From Asterias rubens (Eukaryota): a DNA stretch of 64,000 nt. The DNA is taken from assembly GCF_902459465.1 (NCBI RefSeq), contig NC_047076.1, positions 12,834,001 to 12,898,000 of the forward strand. The letters are read 5' to 3'. The first letter of the stretch is position 1. Each line of letters starts with the position of its first letter. Positions 33,301-48,300 of this stretch are shown in pieces. Both the position numbers and the translations under genes were made by a program. The notes below the pieces were generated by a model that was not told where the DNA came from, searched no databases, and was given only the letters and a program-made list of their open reading frames with translations.

Positions 33301-36300
33301 ACGGGAATTTACCGTTTAAATCAACAAATGAAAGTTTCAAGGTAATATGATTTAAAACTTGAGAACACCAACACAGAGTGAGCAAAACAAGGGCAAAAGT
33401 CACCAGATTCGCAAACTGATAAATTGAATCTGCTCTAGAAACCCGAATTTAACTCCCTATATGTAGGAAACAGTATATAGACTCACCAAATTAAAGAAAA
33501 ACAGTCCGCCTTTTCACAGACTCTGAGAATTTAAGGAGGATAATTTGGTACCAAACAGTGCTCTTTCAAATCGATAAAGGAATTAAAAGAAGACAAATAG
33601 TGTCCGACATTTCGATTAGATTGTCATGATGATTTTAATGCAGACCATGTTTAGATTTAATGATGAAGTATTAAGCTTCCACATAAGAATGGAACTCGTG
33701 TTTCGTATAAATTACACAGGATTTATGTTTACACGAAATGAAGGAAAGAGTATCCCCCCCCCGGAAACTAATTTGTGTGCACATTAAAACTGCCAATGTC
33801 GTAGTGCTTTTCAATGAGGGAAATTTTGTTTTCTGGTAAATCGGTTCCAAACATGGATCCTTCAAAAAAACATCGGGACAAATTTTGAGGATGGCAATTC
33901 TGAAGTGCAAAAAAACCAACTCACTCTTTCCATGTGGCTAAAGTCGCCCTCATCGTCCTACAACGAATGCGACCATTTGAACTTAGGGTGCGTTCGTTTA
34001 GCTTCCCTGGGTCGACCAGGTCTGCCCCGGTACGTTCGAATAGCTTTGACGGGGCTCACCCGGGTCAGCCCCCAGTGCCCTGCTAGTGGAGTGGGTCACT
34101 TGAGGGTGACCCGAGGTGCATACCGACACCACGAGAGGGCGAGTGTGATCGTTCGATTAGCTCTTGTCAGGGGCTCACCCGAGTGAGCACTGCATGGTCG
34201 ACCCAGGGAAGCTAAACGAACGCACCCTTAATAACTTCTTCCGGGTCATTTTGACCTTTGACCTAATATAGACCGAGGCATTGGCACATTGTACAACCTG
34301 TATAACAAGTACAACATGTCTGATTTAAAATACTATGTTAGGGAGAATACCAAAGGAGGGTTAGATAGATTGGTTGGTAGAGCGCCGGCACATTTCCGAA
34401 GGTCTTTGGTTTAAATCCCATTCCAGTAAAATATTGTCGTTAATATAACATTTCCCCACTCAGTTTCTCTTGTGGTTTATGATTTCATAAATAATTATTC
34501 TGCTCTAAACGGGTCCATCATTATGGAATGCAACCAACCACAATCGAACTAGAGAGACGCCATCGTTCAAAGCGGATATGACGTCACTAAAACAGTAGCC
34601 CTTGGCTCTCTTTAAGCGTCCCAGATAAAAGATGACCGCTTCCCGAACCTTAATCCTCGGATGATCACACATTAATCCCAGTGCAGATATTGAAGAGTTT
34701 TTCCCTCTCCAACATTTTGTCGTAGATACCAAATGTCACGGGTCATGTACAAATGAAGCATCAATTACTGTTTTGTGCATCCCTCGCTTCTCGAAGCTGC
34801 ATCTCTAGCCCCGGGAAATAATGAAAAAGGACGTTTCTCGTCGGGAGGCGCAAGCCACCCACTCACCCCGTCTCCTTGGCTCTTCATTCATGCCTTATAA
34901 ACATTCTTCGTTTGATGATGGTGATAGATTTCAACTTCAAAGAAGGTTAAGACATAAAAGTCTTTAGGTTTCATTCCAATTTGGCTTTGAGATACTTCGA
35001 CACAGTATCTCGTTGTGTTCTTTGCTCTCTCGTGTCCGACATGCGCCCGAATTCGAGCTCCTTTAAGCATAACAAGAAGCTAAGCACAACAAAGTTGTGC
35101 TTACCAGAATAAGATTGCCAGCCAAAATACCATGTCACATGTACAGTTTGTGACTTGCCCATTTCTGCTAAGCAGTAACATTATTTCTGACCTTTCCCTC
35201 CTGTTTGGTTACGTTAAACTTCATCAATAACACTCACACAAATTTCTCAGTGCAATATTTGTTATAAAGATTTAGTGTGGCTGCAGCCGATTTCACGAAA
35301 CGCTAGGATCAATCATAACTCTAGTTATGACGGGTAACCTGTCCTAACTTAGGATGGGTTCAATTCGTCCTACGTATTTGGATACGGAACTGAACCCGTC
35401 CTAAGTCCTAAGATAAATCCTAAGTTAGGAAGAGTTTAGTGAAATCGACGGCTGGATAATGAGATACACCTCATATACATCAATGCTTTACAAATACTTC
35501 AACTAGTACAAAAAGGTTTGCACAATACAAAACCAGGTTACCCGGAAAATTGCTATGTTACGTTGACCAGCGCCTGTTCATAAATATTTAAGCTCCATTT
35601 GTAAGCTAGAAGCTTTGAACAGTTTGACCCTGAACATGGCTCAAAGAGGCAATGTTGAGTTCAAAATGAAAGACTGCACTGCTGCTTTAAGAGAGTGGAC
35701 TAAATTGGAAGTGTCTTGAGAACACTGTAGATGGATGAAGGGAAACAGAGCAGAAGATGTAGAGATGAAATTAAAAAAAGTAAAGCGACACAAGAGGAAT
35801 CTTGTGACTGCTGCCTAAAGCAGTGTTGACTGGGAGTCTCTGGACAATGCAAGACGAGGTGTGTGTGGGAGGAAATGGATAGGGACTTCAAACCCACGTG
35901 TGCGTGGAGGGATTCGAAGCTCTCCCCACAGATATGAGAGACAGACTAACTGCACACAACATCAATCTCAATAGACCTTCTCGCAAATACTCGGTATACC
36001 CACGAAATATGCGTGGAATTAAATGAGGTGCATGCTGGTCTATACTAGCTAGCGATCAAGTCTGGGCCCAATTTGATGGCTCTGCTTACCACCGAATTCT
36101 GCGCTTACGATCACGATTCCCCGCTTACGTGCTAGCGCCGATTTCTGCGCTCGCCTTGTATAAGCGTAGAATGCATAGTTACGTGTAGTACGCACGCGCA
36201 GAAGCCAAAATTTGCCGCTAACCCCCTTGAAATACGCTTGCCGTAAGTCAGGATTCTGTGCTTACGGCAATCAGAGCCATGAAATTGGGCCTTGATCGCT

Positions 36301-39300
36301 TGATTGCACCTAGTTCAACAGTTAGCGCTTGCGCAATGGGTATTAGTGAAAAAAAGACATGTGCGGGATTGATAACGACATCTTCCATGGAATGAATTAC
36401 GTGATAGAGGTTGATGTTTATTTGAGCTAGAGGTTGACAGGTAAATTCTCACTCCCTAAATACAATCTGGCAATTGGATTAATCAACTTTGCTCAACCCG
36501 CGCCGTAGCTTATTACGTACAATAATGTTACTACGGGGTAGAAGGTTGATTTGTTTTGACTCTGTGGTACATTCTAATCAAGTCGGATCCCCAGGTAGGA
36601 TGTACTGAGTTACTACAATCACTTATATTTAACATTCTCAATGCCTTCTGATCGATGCTTTGGAAATCTTAATCAGCCAAACGCCAATTCTACACCAGTG
36701 GCTGTTTGACAGGTTATAAACCAATTCCACCTTAGAATAAGCTAAAGCTGTGTACATTTTGTGCACAATGTCATACAAAACAAGTACAAGATATTAACCC
36801 ACACTTATTTAAAACTTGCCAAGTCAGTTTATTCAAGAACTAATCAGCCAAACGCCAAGTGTAGCACAAGTGTTTATTTGAGAGTAAGGCAACTACCTTT
36901 AAGACACTGGATACTATTGGTAATTGTCTAAGAACAGTCTTCTCATGGTGTATCTAAACATATGCATAAAATAACAAACCTGTGAAAATTTGAGCTCAAT
37001 TGGTCGTCGAAGTTACATGAGAAAACACCCTTGTCACATGGAGTTGAATGCGTTCAGATGCTTGATTTCGATACCTCAAGTTCTAAACTTGAGGTCTCGA
37101 AATAAAATTCGTGGAAAATTACTTCTTTCTCGTAAACTACGTCACTTCAGAGGGAGCTGTTTCTCACAATGTTTTATACTATAAACCTCTCCCCGTTACC
37201 CGTTACCAAGTAAGGTTTTATGCTGATAAATTTTGAGTAATTACCAATAGTGTCCACTGCCTTTAAAACAAAAGGTTGAACCCGTCTACAACTTTGCACA
37301 CTGCCGTAAATTACAAGACAACCAGTATATCGTTAAAGCTAGTTTTTCCGTTTGGTTTAATATTTGATATTACAAGAACTATGTACTAAACAAGAGTTAG
37401 ATTAGTTTCAATATTATATTATATAAGTTATATTTTACAGTTTTTCCTAAGAAATCATTGGTGACGTGACTAACCCTAATCATTACTTCTCTTTTGTTTT
37501 CATCTCAAAGCGCATATAGAGACTTCTCTGTGATTGTGATATGCGCTCTACAAAAGTGGTTCATTGTTATAGTATTATTATTATTCATTACGCATCAATT
37601 TCAACCTCAGATGACTTTTTCTAATAACATCGTCAACAGACACATTAAATAAATCAAACCCACACTCATTTGTATTATGGGAAATGTCTAGAGTCACGAG
37701 AAGGGTATCGCTTACCAAATCGTCGCTCGCTTCAAATTGCAGTTTAATTTAGGGGGTGGCAAGATTGAGGGGGGGGGGGGGAGGGGGTTTCACATGGGGT
37801 GGATACCCTCTGTTTCCTCGGGGCTCTTAGTACGTGCTCCTGGTATAATTGCTAGGGATTCCCAAAAGGGTGTGTTTTTATGCAATTACTCCAGTAAACA
37901 ATTTGAGTTTGACTTTCTCAGCTCATCTAAGATTATTTCATTAGAAGAAAAAGACGGATGATTTAGTCCACTACAACATATTCGGGCAATGCTTGCGTGT
38001 GCGTGTACGATCCGAGTCCATCTGTGTTGAGTACTTTTTATACCAAACTTCGATTATATACAATAATTACCGAACATACTATTTTCACTCTGAGAATCGC
38101 TATACGACTGAACACATATTTATATTAAACGAAACCAAGATTAATGCATTGCGAATTAAACTGCCGATAGACATCACAATTATCATGGTGCGGCCCTCAC
38201 AATTTTTCTCCCATTCGAATCAAGGTACCGAACCGAGACTGGAAGAAAAAATGGTCTGGTTTCTTTTTGTACAATTGGTATTTGCATATCATTACTGTTA
38301 TTGAATACGGGGAACACGACCAAAATGGTGGTGGTGAGTACTAGTTGTTCTATGACCTGGGTGTGAGGAAATTGGTGCACATTCCTCATACCAGTTACTT
38401 GGGGTCACAGTGACTTTGTTTTAGGAAGAGAAGAAAAAAACAATGACGACAAAAATACAGGCCTATAGTGAACTACAAGCCTCAACTCATAAGATGACCC
38501 TGGTACTCACGGTCGGTCAATTCGAGATACCGGGCATTCGCTCCTTTCCTCCTGAGCCATGAGGCCACATCTCCGCTGAATTTGACATCATCCCCGGAGG
38601 GGACGTTCTTATTTCATTTCCCTAAGACTACACACAGTATTTTCTTAATCCATTATAAGGACCATTTGAAAGTCCATGAGAACTCAAGAATCCTTACAAA
38701 CCCAATCAGCCTGGTATCCACGTATCATTAACCCTCTCTCTAAAGACAACCAGTCGATATTCCCTCATGGATAATCATGATTTAGAGCATCAAGCGGAAC
38801 CCAGAACTAAGTCAGTCTGATTACAAACGGCAAATTAGAGCAGACTTGTACTTATTATGTAGAAAACCTAGTTACCAGATCGTTGGCCTGTTGCAAACGA
38901 CCATGCGATCACCAGTCAGGATACCCAGCGATTCTCCTGATCACACAAAATAGCAGTTTTATGTTACAGCAAGGTAAAATGTGATATTAGAATCCCCTAA
39001 GGGACATTAGGTACCAGACATTTGAAACGGCTGAGTGATAAAGACATATTTTTTATTACCTTGGGGTATCAGCGAAGGGGGTAGGTTTACGTACGCCAGA
39101 AAGTAATTCAGTATCAAGAAGAATGAGGTTTGACTGTACTTAGAAATAGAATAGAAACAGTTATCAGTTAGTTGACAATCACCCAGCGATCCCAACTCAA
39201 TTCTGAACTGCCCGGAATGATATTCTTCACCCAGGTCTAGGTAGACCACAGACCTTTTATGGAAAGCCATAAATGCAGAACAAAAACTGTTAAGTTCAGG

Positions 39301-42300
39301 GCCAAAGGAAATAGCAAAAGATGTATCCACATTGATGCATTTTCTGAGAATGTGTGTTTAAGACATATTACTTTTACTTAACCCGATAGATTTGTCGGTG
39401 GTGAGGAAATAGTAACATCAACATCAAGTCAAGTCGACTCTCGTCGGACTAAAAAAAACAGAAGACAACTGATCGACGCCAGAAACGAATTTCACTTTTT
39501 GCCCATCGATAGATGACATATGACCTCATGAATACGTAAATGAAAACTCACCTGATTGCGTAAAACAATTCAAACCGTTGTCAAAACAACCTGACATTCC
39601 ACTTGAAAAAGTTGCTACCCAAATCTAGATTCAAGAGTTCCACATCTGCAGAATTGTTTTGTTGATTGGTTTACAGCATTGATTTTACACTCAGCCCAAT
39701 CAGTCAGAATGTCCTTTACTTGTATGAACAGAAAAATTTCGTTTTGAAACAGTCGTCGACTAACAGTCCAGCCAAGCCTTAAGCATTGTCTTGAAACCGT
39801 TCCGACGGCTATAGCGAATACCCAATCTAAAGTCAACTAGATTTCATTTTTGGTTTGTTTCATCAAATGACATCAAACAGAGCGGAGAAATTAGCATAAT
39901 TCACAGATTCGCCTCGACGCAAGACTATACCCTGCGTAGGAAAATTGATTTGTGCCTGGGTTCACAGTGTGTGAGTAACCTCCATATTGGCACAGGCCAT
40001 GCTCACCATGGTATTTTGGGCAGAATTCGCTTTGGTTAACCAAACAACATAGTCTACGTTACAAGACGCTCAGATTAAAAACAAACATCAGTTTAAATTG
40101 GATTGATCTCTTAAGTCAGACAATTCACATAGTGAGTACAAATTTGTACGCCCCTACGTTCCAAAATAGGTGTTTGTTGTTACGAGACTTTGCTCTTAAA
40201 ATATAACTGCGAAAACATCCAATGTCTTGATTAACAGGATTTGCTTCATCTTTTTTTCCCTTCTTTTCTCATTTCGTGGCGTCTCTTCACACCAAAAGAA
40301 AAATTGCCAACTGAACTGAATTAGCTGTAGAAAGAATTTCATCACGAATTTGTCAAAACCTTAAACGAAAATGTTATTGTTGCACTGTTGATTTTCTTGA
40401 TGACTTTTTTTTTGTAAATCTGAGTAAAGCCAACGTGAAGCATATTTACTAGAAGTCTACCTACCAGAAACCCAATCAAATTTGTTCCCATTATTTGTGT
40501 CTGATAACCATAAAAGCTAGTATAGGCCTTATATCAAATTAAGGAACGCTGGCTAAGTGTTTCGACCTAGAAAAGATCGGGCATTTTGTCCCGTCCATTG
40601 CAATCATAAACTTAATTTCTACAAGTCCAAGGGATGGAATTTTTATTCCAGATTATAACCTAGAAATTAGCCACACTTTCCCCGATTTAGATGTGAAAGT
40701 TAAAAGTACAGAGCTAAACTCTCTCATGTAACTGTAAACGTCAACAATTGAACATTGACGAATTTGGTGGAGTAAATTTTTGCCCAAAACTTTTTGAAGA
40801 GGTTGGGCAGAGTTGCCGTTTGAGGGAATCGTGACTGATCAATTCGTAATAAAATTATCGTACACTCTGTGAAGAAACTGATTTGAGTGATCTGGTAGAA
40901 ACTTTACCCCCTTAAATCTAGCAAAACCATGTATACGGTGACTCTATTTGAGCATGTTCCGCGACCTGGTTGTCCAATTTACCCGAAGGAGTTCTCAAAA
41001 TTAAGAGTGAAATCTCAAACACTTCGAGCTAAAAAAAAAAAGCAACGAAAACACAGATTTCCTTTATCCTTGGTAAAGAATCGACGTGTTGTTAGAAGAA
41101 CAAAAAAAGTATGTTCAAACTGACAGTCTGTGTCACTGATGTAATGTAGACGTAATTAATGTACATGCACGTGCAAGGAGTTCCCTTTGCACGAAATGTT
41201 GTCCCAACGTGCACGTCATTATAGTGGGCGTGACAAAAAAATCAATAACACACCGACAGAGGGCGCCTTAAAATTTAAACAAATTACAACATGCTCCATA
41301 TTGAACTGGATGTTCATTGACGTTTTGGTATTCAGGGTAGCTAGATACACTTAAGACAGCTGAATCTACAGTTTTCTTCTATCTGTTAAAGCCATATTGG
41401 AAGATTCATATTGAACTGGATGTTCATTGACGTTTCGGTATTCAGGGTACCTAGATACACTTAAGACAGCTGAATCTACATTTTCTTCTATCTGTTAAAG
41501 CTAGATTGGAAGATTCAATAGGACAACGTGTGACCTTAACCTACATTCAAGATGAAGGTGATCGATGCGTGAACTCAATGAGTACATTGGATGCATCGTG
41601 GAATTCCAACTCTACTAGAAAAACCAGATGGTCTATGGCACAAGTACCATGATTAAGCTGTTCTTTTGCGTGGATACAAAATCGGACAACAATTCTTCCT
41701 GGTAGCTGAGCTGTCGATGTGCACTAGACTCTAGCAAATTCCAGGGCAAATTCCACCCTGAATCTGGGTTCCGTAAGCCATTTTCAGATCTAGTGGACAC
41801 AATACTATGACACTATAAGGTCTGGGTAAATCTGTCTGTAAACACCCAAACCAAACACTCCTATCACGTCCGCCTTATTTTAAAAGGACCAATGGGGACT
41901 GACCCTTTCTGAATCAGAACGTGGCCATGACCTTTCCTAAACCAGAATATGGCCCGGAATCTGTGTCAAACTGACCCTCAAATGGGTCAAACAAACACAG
42001 ATTGTGAGTTAGAATCCCATGTTGGGCTGAGCCATTTCTGAGTCAAGCCTATGAACTTGAGTCAGTTCAGAACACTGAGTGTTTAGAGAGCAGGCTCGAG
42101 CTCGATCGTCTGCATGGTGTGGTATAGGTTCAGGTCCTGGCGTCGATTTAAAAAAGATAGCCGTATTAAACTTAGGACTAGTCTTAGGAGTTACTAAAAA
42201 CTTAAGGCTATTCCGAAGTAAGGACGAGTAATTCGTCTTAACGCCAGGTATAAGACTGGTCTTAACTCTAAATTCAAATCCACCCTGGTCATGGCACTTG

Positions 42301-45300
42301 TAATACCTTAGTGCATCATGCTTCCGAAGGTTTGATCTGTTAAAAAAAGGGGTGAACACAAAAGTGTTTTATTGCAAGTGTTGGCAACAGATTGCGCCAC
42401 AACTGGTGGTCAGATAATACGTCCCATGGCTTAATTGTTTGCCTTTCATAAAACAATATTCACTTTGAGACGCCCGTGGATAAAAAATTGCTGTCCTAAA
42501 TTGTGTTTTATGATATCAATCTTATCAAATAAAACTGTTGCAGTTGAGGGAAACGAATGATGGAGTGACTTGGGATATCACGCTGAGATTTGACTGATTT
42601 CCTACACCACGCTTGGAGAAGTTTTCTGAACAATTCAATTGAATTGCAATTCCCAACGGTGGCTATCGACGAAGAGATTGAGCAACTGCCAAGTTTAGAT
42701 TGAGTAATTCACTGCCACTGAACATTCGCACTGGGAGCTCAACATCATGTTTGGGGAAGAAAATATTCCTGATACTATCTTTTTCGTTCGCAACATCTGT
42801 TCACCTCAGTATGTATACACAGACTAAAAAACCAACCAACCAAGGGCGACTGCAATATTTCGTTTTATTGCAAATTCGGTAGACTTTGCTTAGCGGTCAA
42901 AACTGGAGTTACCATTAATTCATACTCCCTGAAGATTTAGAGTTATAGAAAAACACTAAACACAAACGCACAGTGCTAGCAGCTGCAACTTAGCTGCAAG
43001 TTTGGTTATTTTACTCAGGTAAAAATGTTGATTTACATTTAACTCACAATCCTCAAATTTACCCCATTAAACACTTAAAAACAAAAGTTTAGTAGATTTT
43101 ACTAAGATTCAGTAGCGAAAATTGTAATTTGCTCTATCAACCAGGATAAATTTAGCATCAACATCCACATAAGCAAACACGTGGGCAGACCACGCGTTTC
43201 AAATTTCAGTTTTTGAATGTTGACGGTTGACACAATGTATGGAGCGCTATGTATGGACATGAATAGCAACACAAAACCCACATTGGATGTCTACTACATC
43301 AGTAGGCAAACCAAGTGGTTACTTGATACTACTAGGTATTGGCTTTCATACTTTGTTAATCGGTGAAGGTACAACGTAGAATGACGCATTTGGCTTGACT
43401 TTAAAGACAAGGGAAAGGCAATTGGCTTAAAAGATACCAAGACGAAATAAACATCATGTACGACGTCATGACACCTTGATGACGCAATTGCATTTATGCA
43501 AATTTGCCCGTCGTACAATTCATTTTAGTGTGACATTTGAAATTTGTGTTTGAACCCAGACATTAAGATAAGACGTCACATTTTCAAAGTGTTTCGAGCA
43601 AAACTAAAGGTTTGTTTAACCTGAAAAAACATCCATAGAATAGACACTTGCTGTTGTAACGTTTGTTCTTATTTTAGCTGTAAATGAATAAAATTAATAC
43701 TCTCCCCACGGCACAATGAAGCTGTTGTTTGGGTAGGGGTGCCTTCTGCCAACTACACAAACATGGCCGAGGTGAAAGACCAAGGACTGGACACCGGCTA
43801 TTTCGCCATGTCCCCGCAAGCCTTCATCCATTGTTTGAAGACACTGCAGCCGATTTCGCGAAATGCTAGGATAAACCCTATCTCGACTAAGGACGAGTAT
43901 TAAACTCGCCCTAACTTAGTTTGGGTTCAGTGCGTCCTAATGTCTATGATAGCGGAACAGGAACATGAACTCATCCTAAGTCCTGGACACGTTTGGTAAT
44001 TACTCAATATTATCACACACAAAATGACTTATTATTGAACAACGGAGAGCTGTTGATAAAACATTGAGAAACGGCTCCTTCTGTATCAATGTTTTTTTTT
44101 TGAGAGAAACAGGTAGTTTCTCACTAAAATATTTTAATCTGAGAAAGATTTCAGGCCTGAAGCCTTTCTCTTGCTTCGTAACCAGTTGAGCTTAACATTC
44201 TCACAAAATGTGTTATTGTAATGCATAATGCTGTAACACGCCACAAATAATGAGAATACTGGTCGTTAGAAGGGCTGATGTTTCAGTGCCTACTCACTTT
44301 GTAAAAACAAGTATGTATGAGGGGTAACTGAAGTTATATATCAATCTAAACAAGGGTAAAGTGTCTAGTGAACGATTTACATTTTAAATCAAATCGGTGA
44401 CTATAAAGTAGAGAAGGTGTTTTGCCACGAGGGGCGCTATAGCAGAAAGTGCCAACACAAGATACCCGTCGGCAAAACGAAAGTTACGCACTCAGACCGA
44501 AGAACTTAATCAATTGAAAAGTGCAGCTTCTAAAAGGCAGACACAACAAGTTGGTACAGTGAAGGAACTGAATACAAAATCTAACCCAAATGGAATGTCG
44601 CGGTGAGACACCGTACCAGTTTAACTTAAAAACAACAGTGGAACTCTATGTTTGATTATAAATACCACCTGCTCTTTAAAAACACCACGTTTGGTAACTG
44701 TAAAGACCAGTATTCTTACATGGTGTGTTCTAGCAAATGCTTAAAATATCAAACCTGTGAAAATTTGGGCTCCATCGGTAATCGAATTTGCAAGGAAATG
44801 ATGAAAGAAAAACAACCCTGTTGCATTACTTTGTGTGCTTTCATGCCAATGCGTAATAAAAAGGCTTCACTTGAAGTGTCCATGCCAAATAATAATGTAT
44901 ATTCCACCATGGGCTAAAAATTTGGCCTGAACTGGTCATCAAAGTTCCAAGAATAAGAACTAAGAAAGAAAACACACCTTGTTGCACCTTTGTGTGCTTT
45001 AAGATGCTTGACAAAGACTTCATGCCTGAAGTCCTTCTCTGAATCAAATATTTCAGTGAAAAATTACCTCTTTTAAAAAAAATACGTTACTTCATAGGGA
45101 ACCGTTACTCACATTGTTTTATCAACAGCTCGCAGTTGGTCGTTATTCCAAGTAAGATTTTATGGTAAAACTATTTTGTAGTAATTACAAAATAGTGTCC
45201 GATGCCTTTACAACACGAGTCGTTAAACTGTGACTGATTATTCAGGAATACAACCAGGTTGCTTCAGGTTCCTCTTTTTAGTATATCTGTCTACAGTACG

Positions 45301-48300
45301 CTCACCCTTCCCTGCCTTCTAGATTACATGCTGACTGCACAAGATAACAACCCCGTCTCCTGTTCATTTTCTCCCGCCTTCGACCTGTCCCTGCAACCGC
45401 CTTGGGCACCTAGGGTGGATAGTTTTTAATGTACGCCGTTCTCAAAAAAAGTTAACCATCGTAGGGATCTCATGGTGATGTAAGAAATGAGGTAAAAACT
45501 GTAGCCAGCTGCCATAGCCATAGCCACAGAAGCCGAAGTCACTTAATTCTTAAAGCCATAGTATTATTCAGCCAACTTCTCGCGTATAGAAGTCATGTCC
45601 ACTATCAAATTGTCTATACTTTTGCTCACTTTTTATCGTTATCAACAGTGCCTTTAAAGCCGCACATTCAAATCGATATTTTCGGAACCTTTGAAGACAA
45701 TCAAAACTAATGAAATCAAAACTGTAAGAATCCGAATGAAACGGTGCCGTCTACATCACCCTTTTTGATAAGTATACCAAGAGCTATCCTAAGGCCAGAG
45801 TATTTTTTGCAAATACCTAGCATAGTCATGTCTATAAACAACTGTGTCTACTTTTGTAAAGTTTTTATTATTATCATTATATACAATGGCTTTAAAGCCA
45901 CACATTCAAGTCGATATTTTCGGAACCTTTGAAGACAATCAAAACTGATGATATCAAAATTGTCAGGTTCTGAATGAAACCTTTTTCATCACCCTTCTGT
46001 GATAATTACCAAGTGCTATCTTTGAGTTCAAATCATTTCCTCGCGCTAGATTCAAGTTTTCGTAAGAGTGCCAATGCAAACCTTTGTTGCATAGAACGGA
46101 GAGAGTAACAATAAACCAGTGACAGATTTCAATCTATAGCAAATTGATCATAGGATTGGCGATAGTGAAATGTATATTGCTTCGTCTTCGTTGCCTCAGC
46201 TAGCCACATTGCCGCAGGAATGTTGACGGTCAAAACAGACGAGAACGCCCCGGTTTAATCCAGCAGTGGCCGGATGGCACTGTCGATAATTACGACTGCT
46301 TGCACACATCTCCTTACTCCGGTCTTTAACTCCGGCTAAGTCACGCACCAGGTATATCAATTTGAACCGGAATCCTGCAAAGCAGAGGGGTTTCTTGGGA
46401 AGATTTATATTTCACGCTTAACTAGTCAGCAAATTGCTGCCTGGTTTAGTGGTAATTTGCTGGTCTTCTCCCAAGCTTAGTTTAATTTCCGAGGCGGGTA
46501 TTTTGTAAAAGAGTTTGCTGACATCGCTCAGTTGCTGTTGTTTTAGCAGATTTGTGCAGGCCTCAATTCATGCTTGTTTTAATTTCCAAGGCGGGTATTC
46601 TGTAAAAAGGGTTTGCTGACATCGCTAAGTTGCTGCTCTTATTAGCAGTGAGTTTATACAAACAACGAACTGAAGATGCGTTTATTGTTTGCACTTATCA
46701 ATGAGTGGGTAGAGTGTTGTAAGTCGTGTCTGGCGTATCACACTCCTGGGAAATGTTGGTTTTATGGGCTGGTGGACAAACAGTCCAGAGTGTTTATTTT
46801 AGCAGACGAAGAGAGATTCTCCTGACGGGCCATATGGTCTCAAGCACCGGTCCCCTTGGACGGACCAGCTCGAGACGCTAACTCCCCGTGCCTTTTGTGA
46901 AAAAAAGTATGGCCATCTTTACCAAAACTCACTGCGTACAATGTATGTTGAAACCAACAGCGCACATCTTGTTGGGTATGGCAAAAGAAAATAGAGCGAA
47001 TGTCCCTTACGAAGCTCTTGGTGTTAAGTTTAGGTAAAACAGTAATTGGCTGCGATAGTGGAATATTAAACAAGAATTTTTTTCAAAAGAACATGATAAT
47101 CTAGCAGCAGGTATATACAGATGTGTACCGCGAGTTATTTATGTTACCAAACAGTTTATTAGTCGGTAAACACAGACTACTGTCTTTTGACATTGTTATA
47201 ACTTGATACTTAAAACATTCAGGTGTTATATAATAAACTAAATTCTTCACCTTCGAATGATCAACTGTGTGATGAGGTGTAATAACTTCCGAAAATTCAC
47301 ATGCACGCAGACACAAAGTCACAATGTTTGACTTTCCCAACATAACCGTTCTCCGTTCAGCTCATAACGCAGCAGTCTTTTTCGATTGCGCTGAAAATAT
47401 TGATGTTGAGATTGCAGTTTGGATTACACCGAATTCAAAACTTCGTGCAAAAAGACACGTTCAGTCCACTTCCTCGCTAGAGACGTCTTTATATTGATCC
47501 TCAAATATAACATAACCTTCGTAGCATGAAGGAGAGTTTCCCCCCCCCCCCCCCAATAATAACCACCCTAAGTCTCAATCAACATGCAAGCAATGAGCTT
47601 TCCTGCATTCACTCTTTCCTCTATCGGGTGTTTTGTCTGAAGATGAAACCCAAAACTATGGATGCTGGGCAGAAGGGGAGGGAAATAGAGTATCGGAGAC
47701 AACTACTGGACGAAAGAGGCTAGATTCTTGATTTGCTTTTTCAATCTTCTGGAGGCGTGAGGGACTAAAGAGGTGTGGTTAAGGAAGAATAATAATGCGG
47801 TCTTGAAAACATTTTGAAGGTGAGGGGATAGATTCTAAAAAAAAATTAGATCCTAATTTGATAATTGTGAATCTTGCCATCGAAGCCTTAACTTAAAAAC
47901 GGGACTCTTAACGCCTAAGTGCGAACTGCGAACCATAGGCCGAGTATTAGTTCTAAACAATTTGCATAACAAACAATGACGTCACAGGCCTAAGTTTTTA
48001 CAAAGCACTATTTCACAGCGCTGTGACAAAATCAAACCTCATCAGATAGACAGAAAATTCCAGAAAAAGGCTGATCTAGAGCATCATCCTACAACTAATA
48101 TTATCATAGTACATGGTTTGTCATGAATCATTGTGACTGCAGGTGTGCCAAATAGAATCATCGTTAGTCTATCTTTGTTTTCAAGAACATGTTCTCAGCT
48201 GGCTTCATACTTATTTGAAACTTATTATCTGAAGAAAACTCTGCAAAAAACATAAGCCCAACTTAACGTCTTATTTATTAATTTATTTATTTTTCCTAAA

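Noticed and set aside
38480-39350. Higher-complexity block (also 41540-41900, 46800-47400) suspected to be nested genes or retroelement ORFs
   Set aside because: The frames I translated have frequent stops and no recognisable motifs or exon chain; a translated database search is needed.
40545-40595. TCGAAAC motif on the minus strand as another hammerhead
   Set aside because: Lacks the GUC triplet, core and stem I complementarity.
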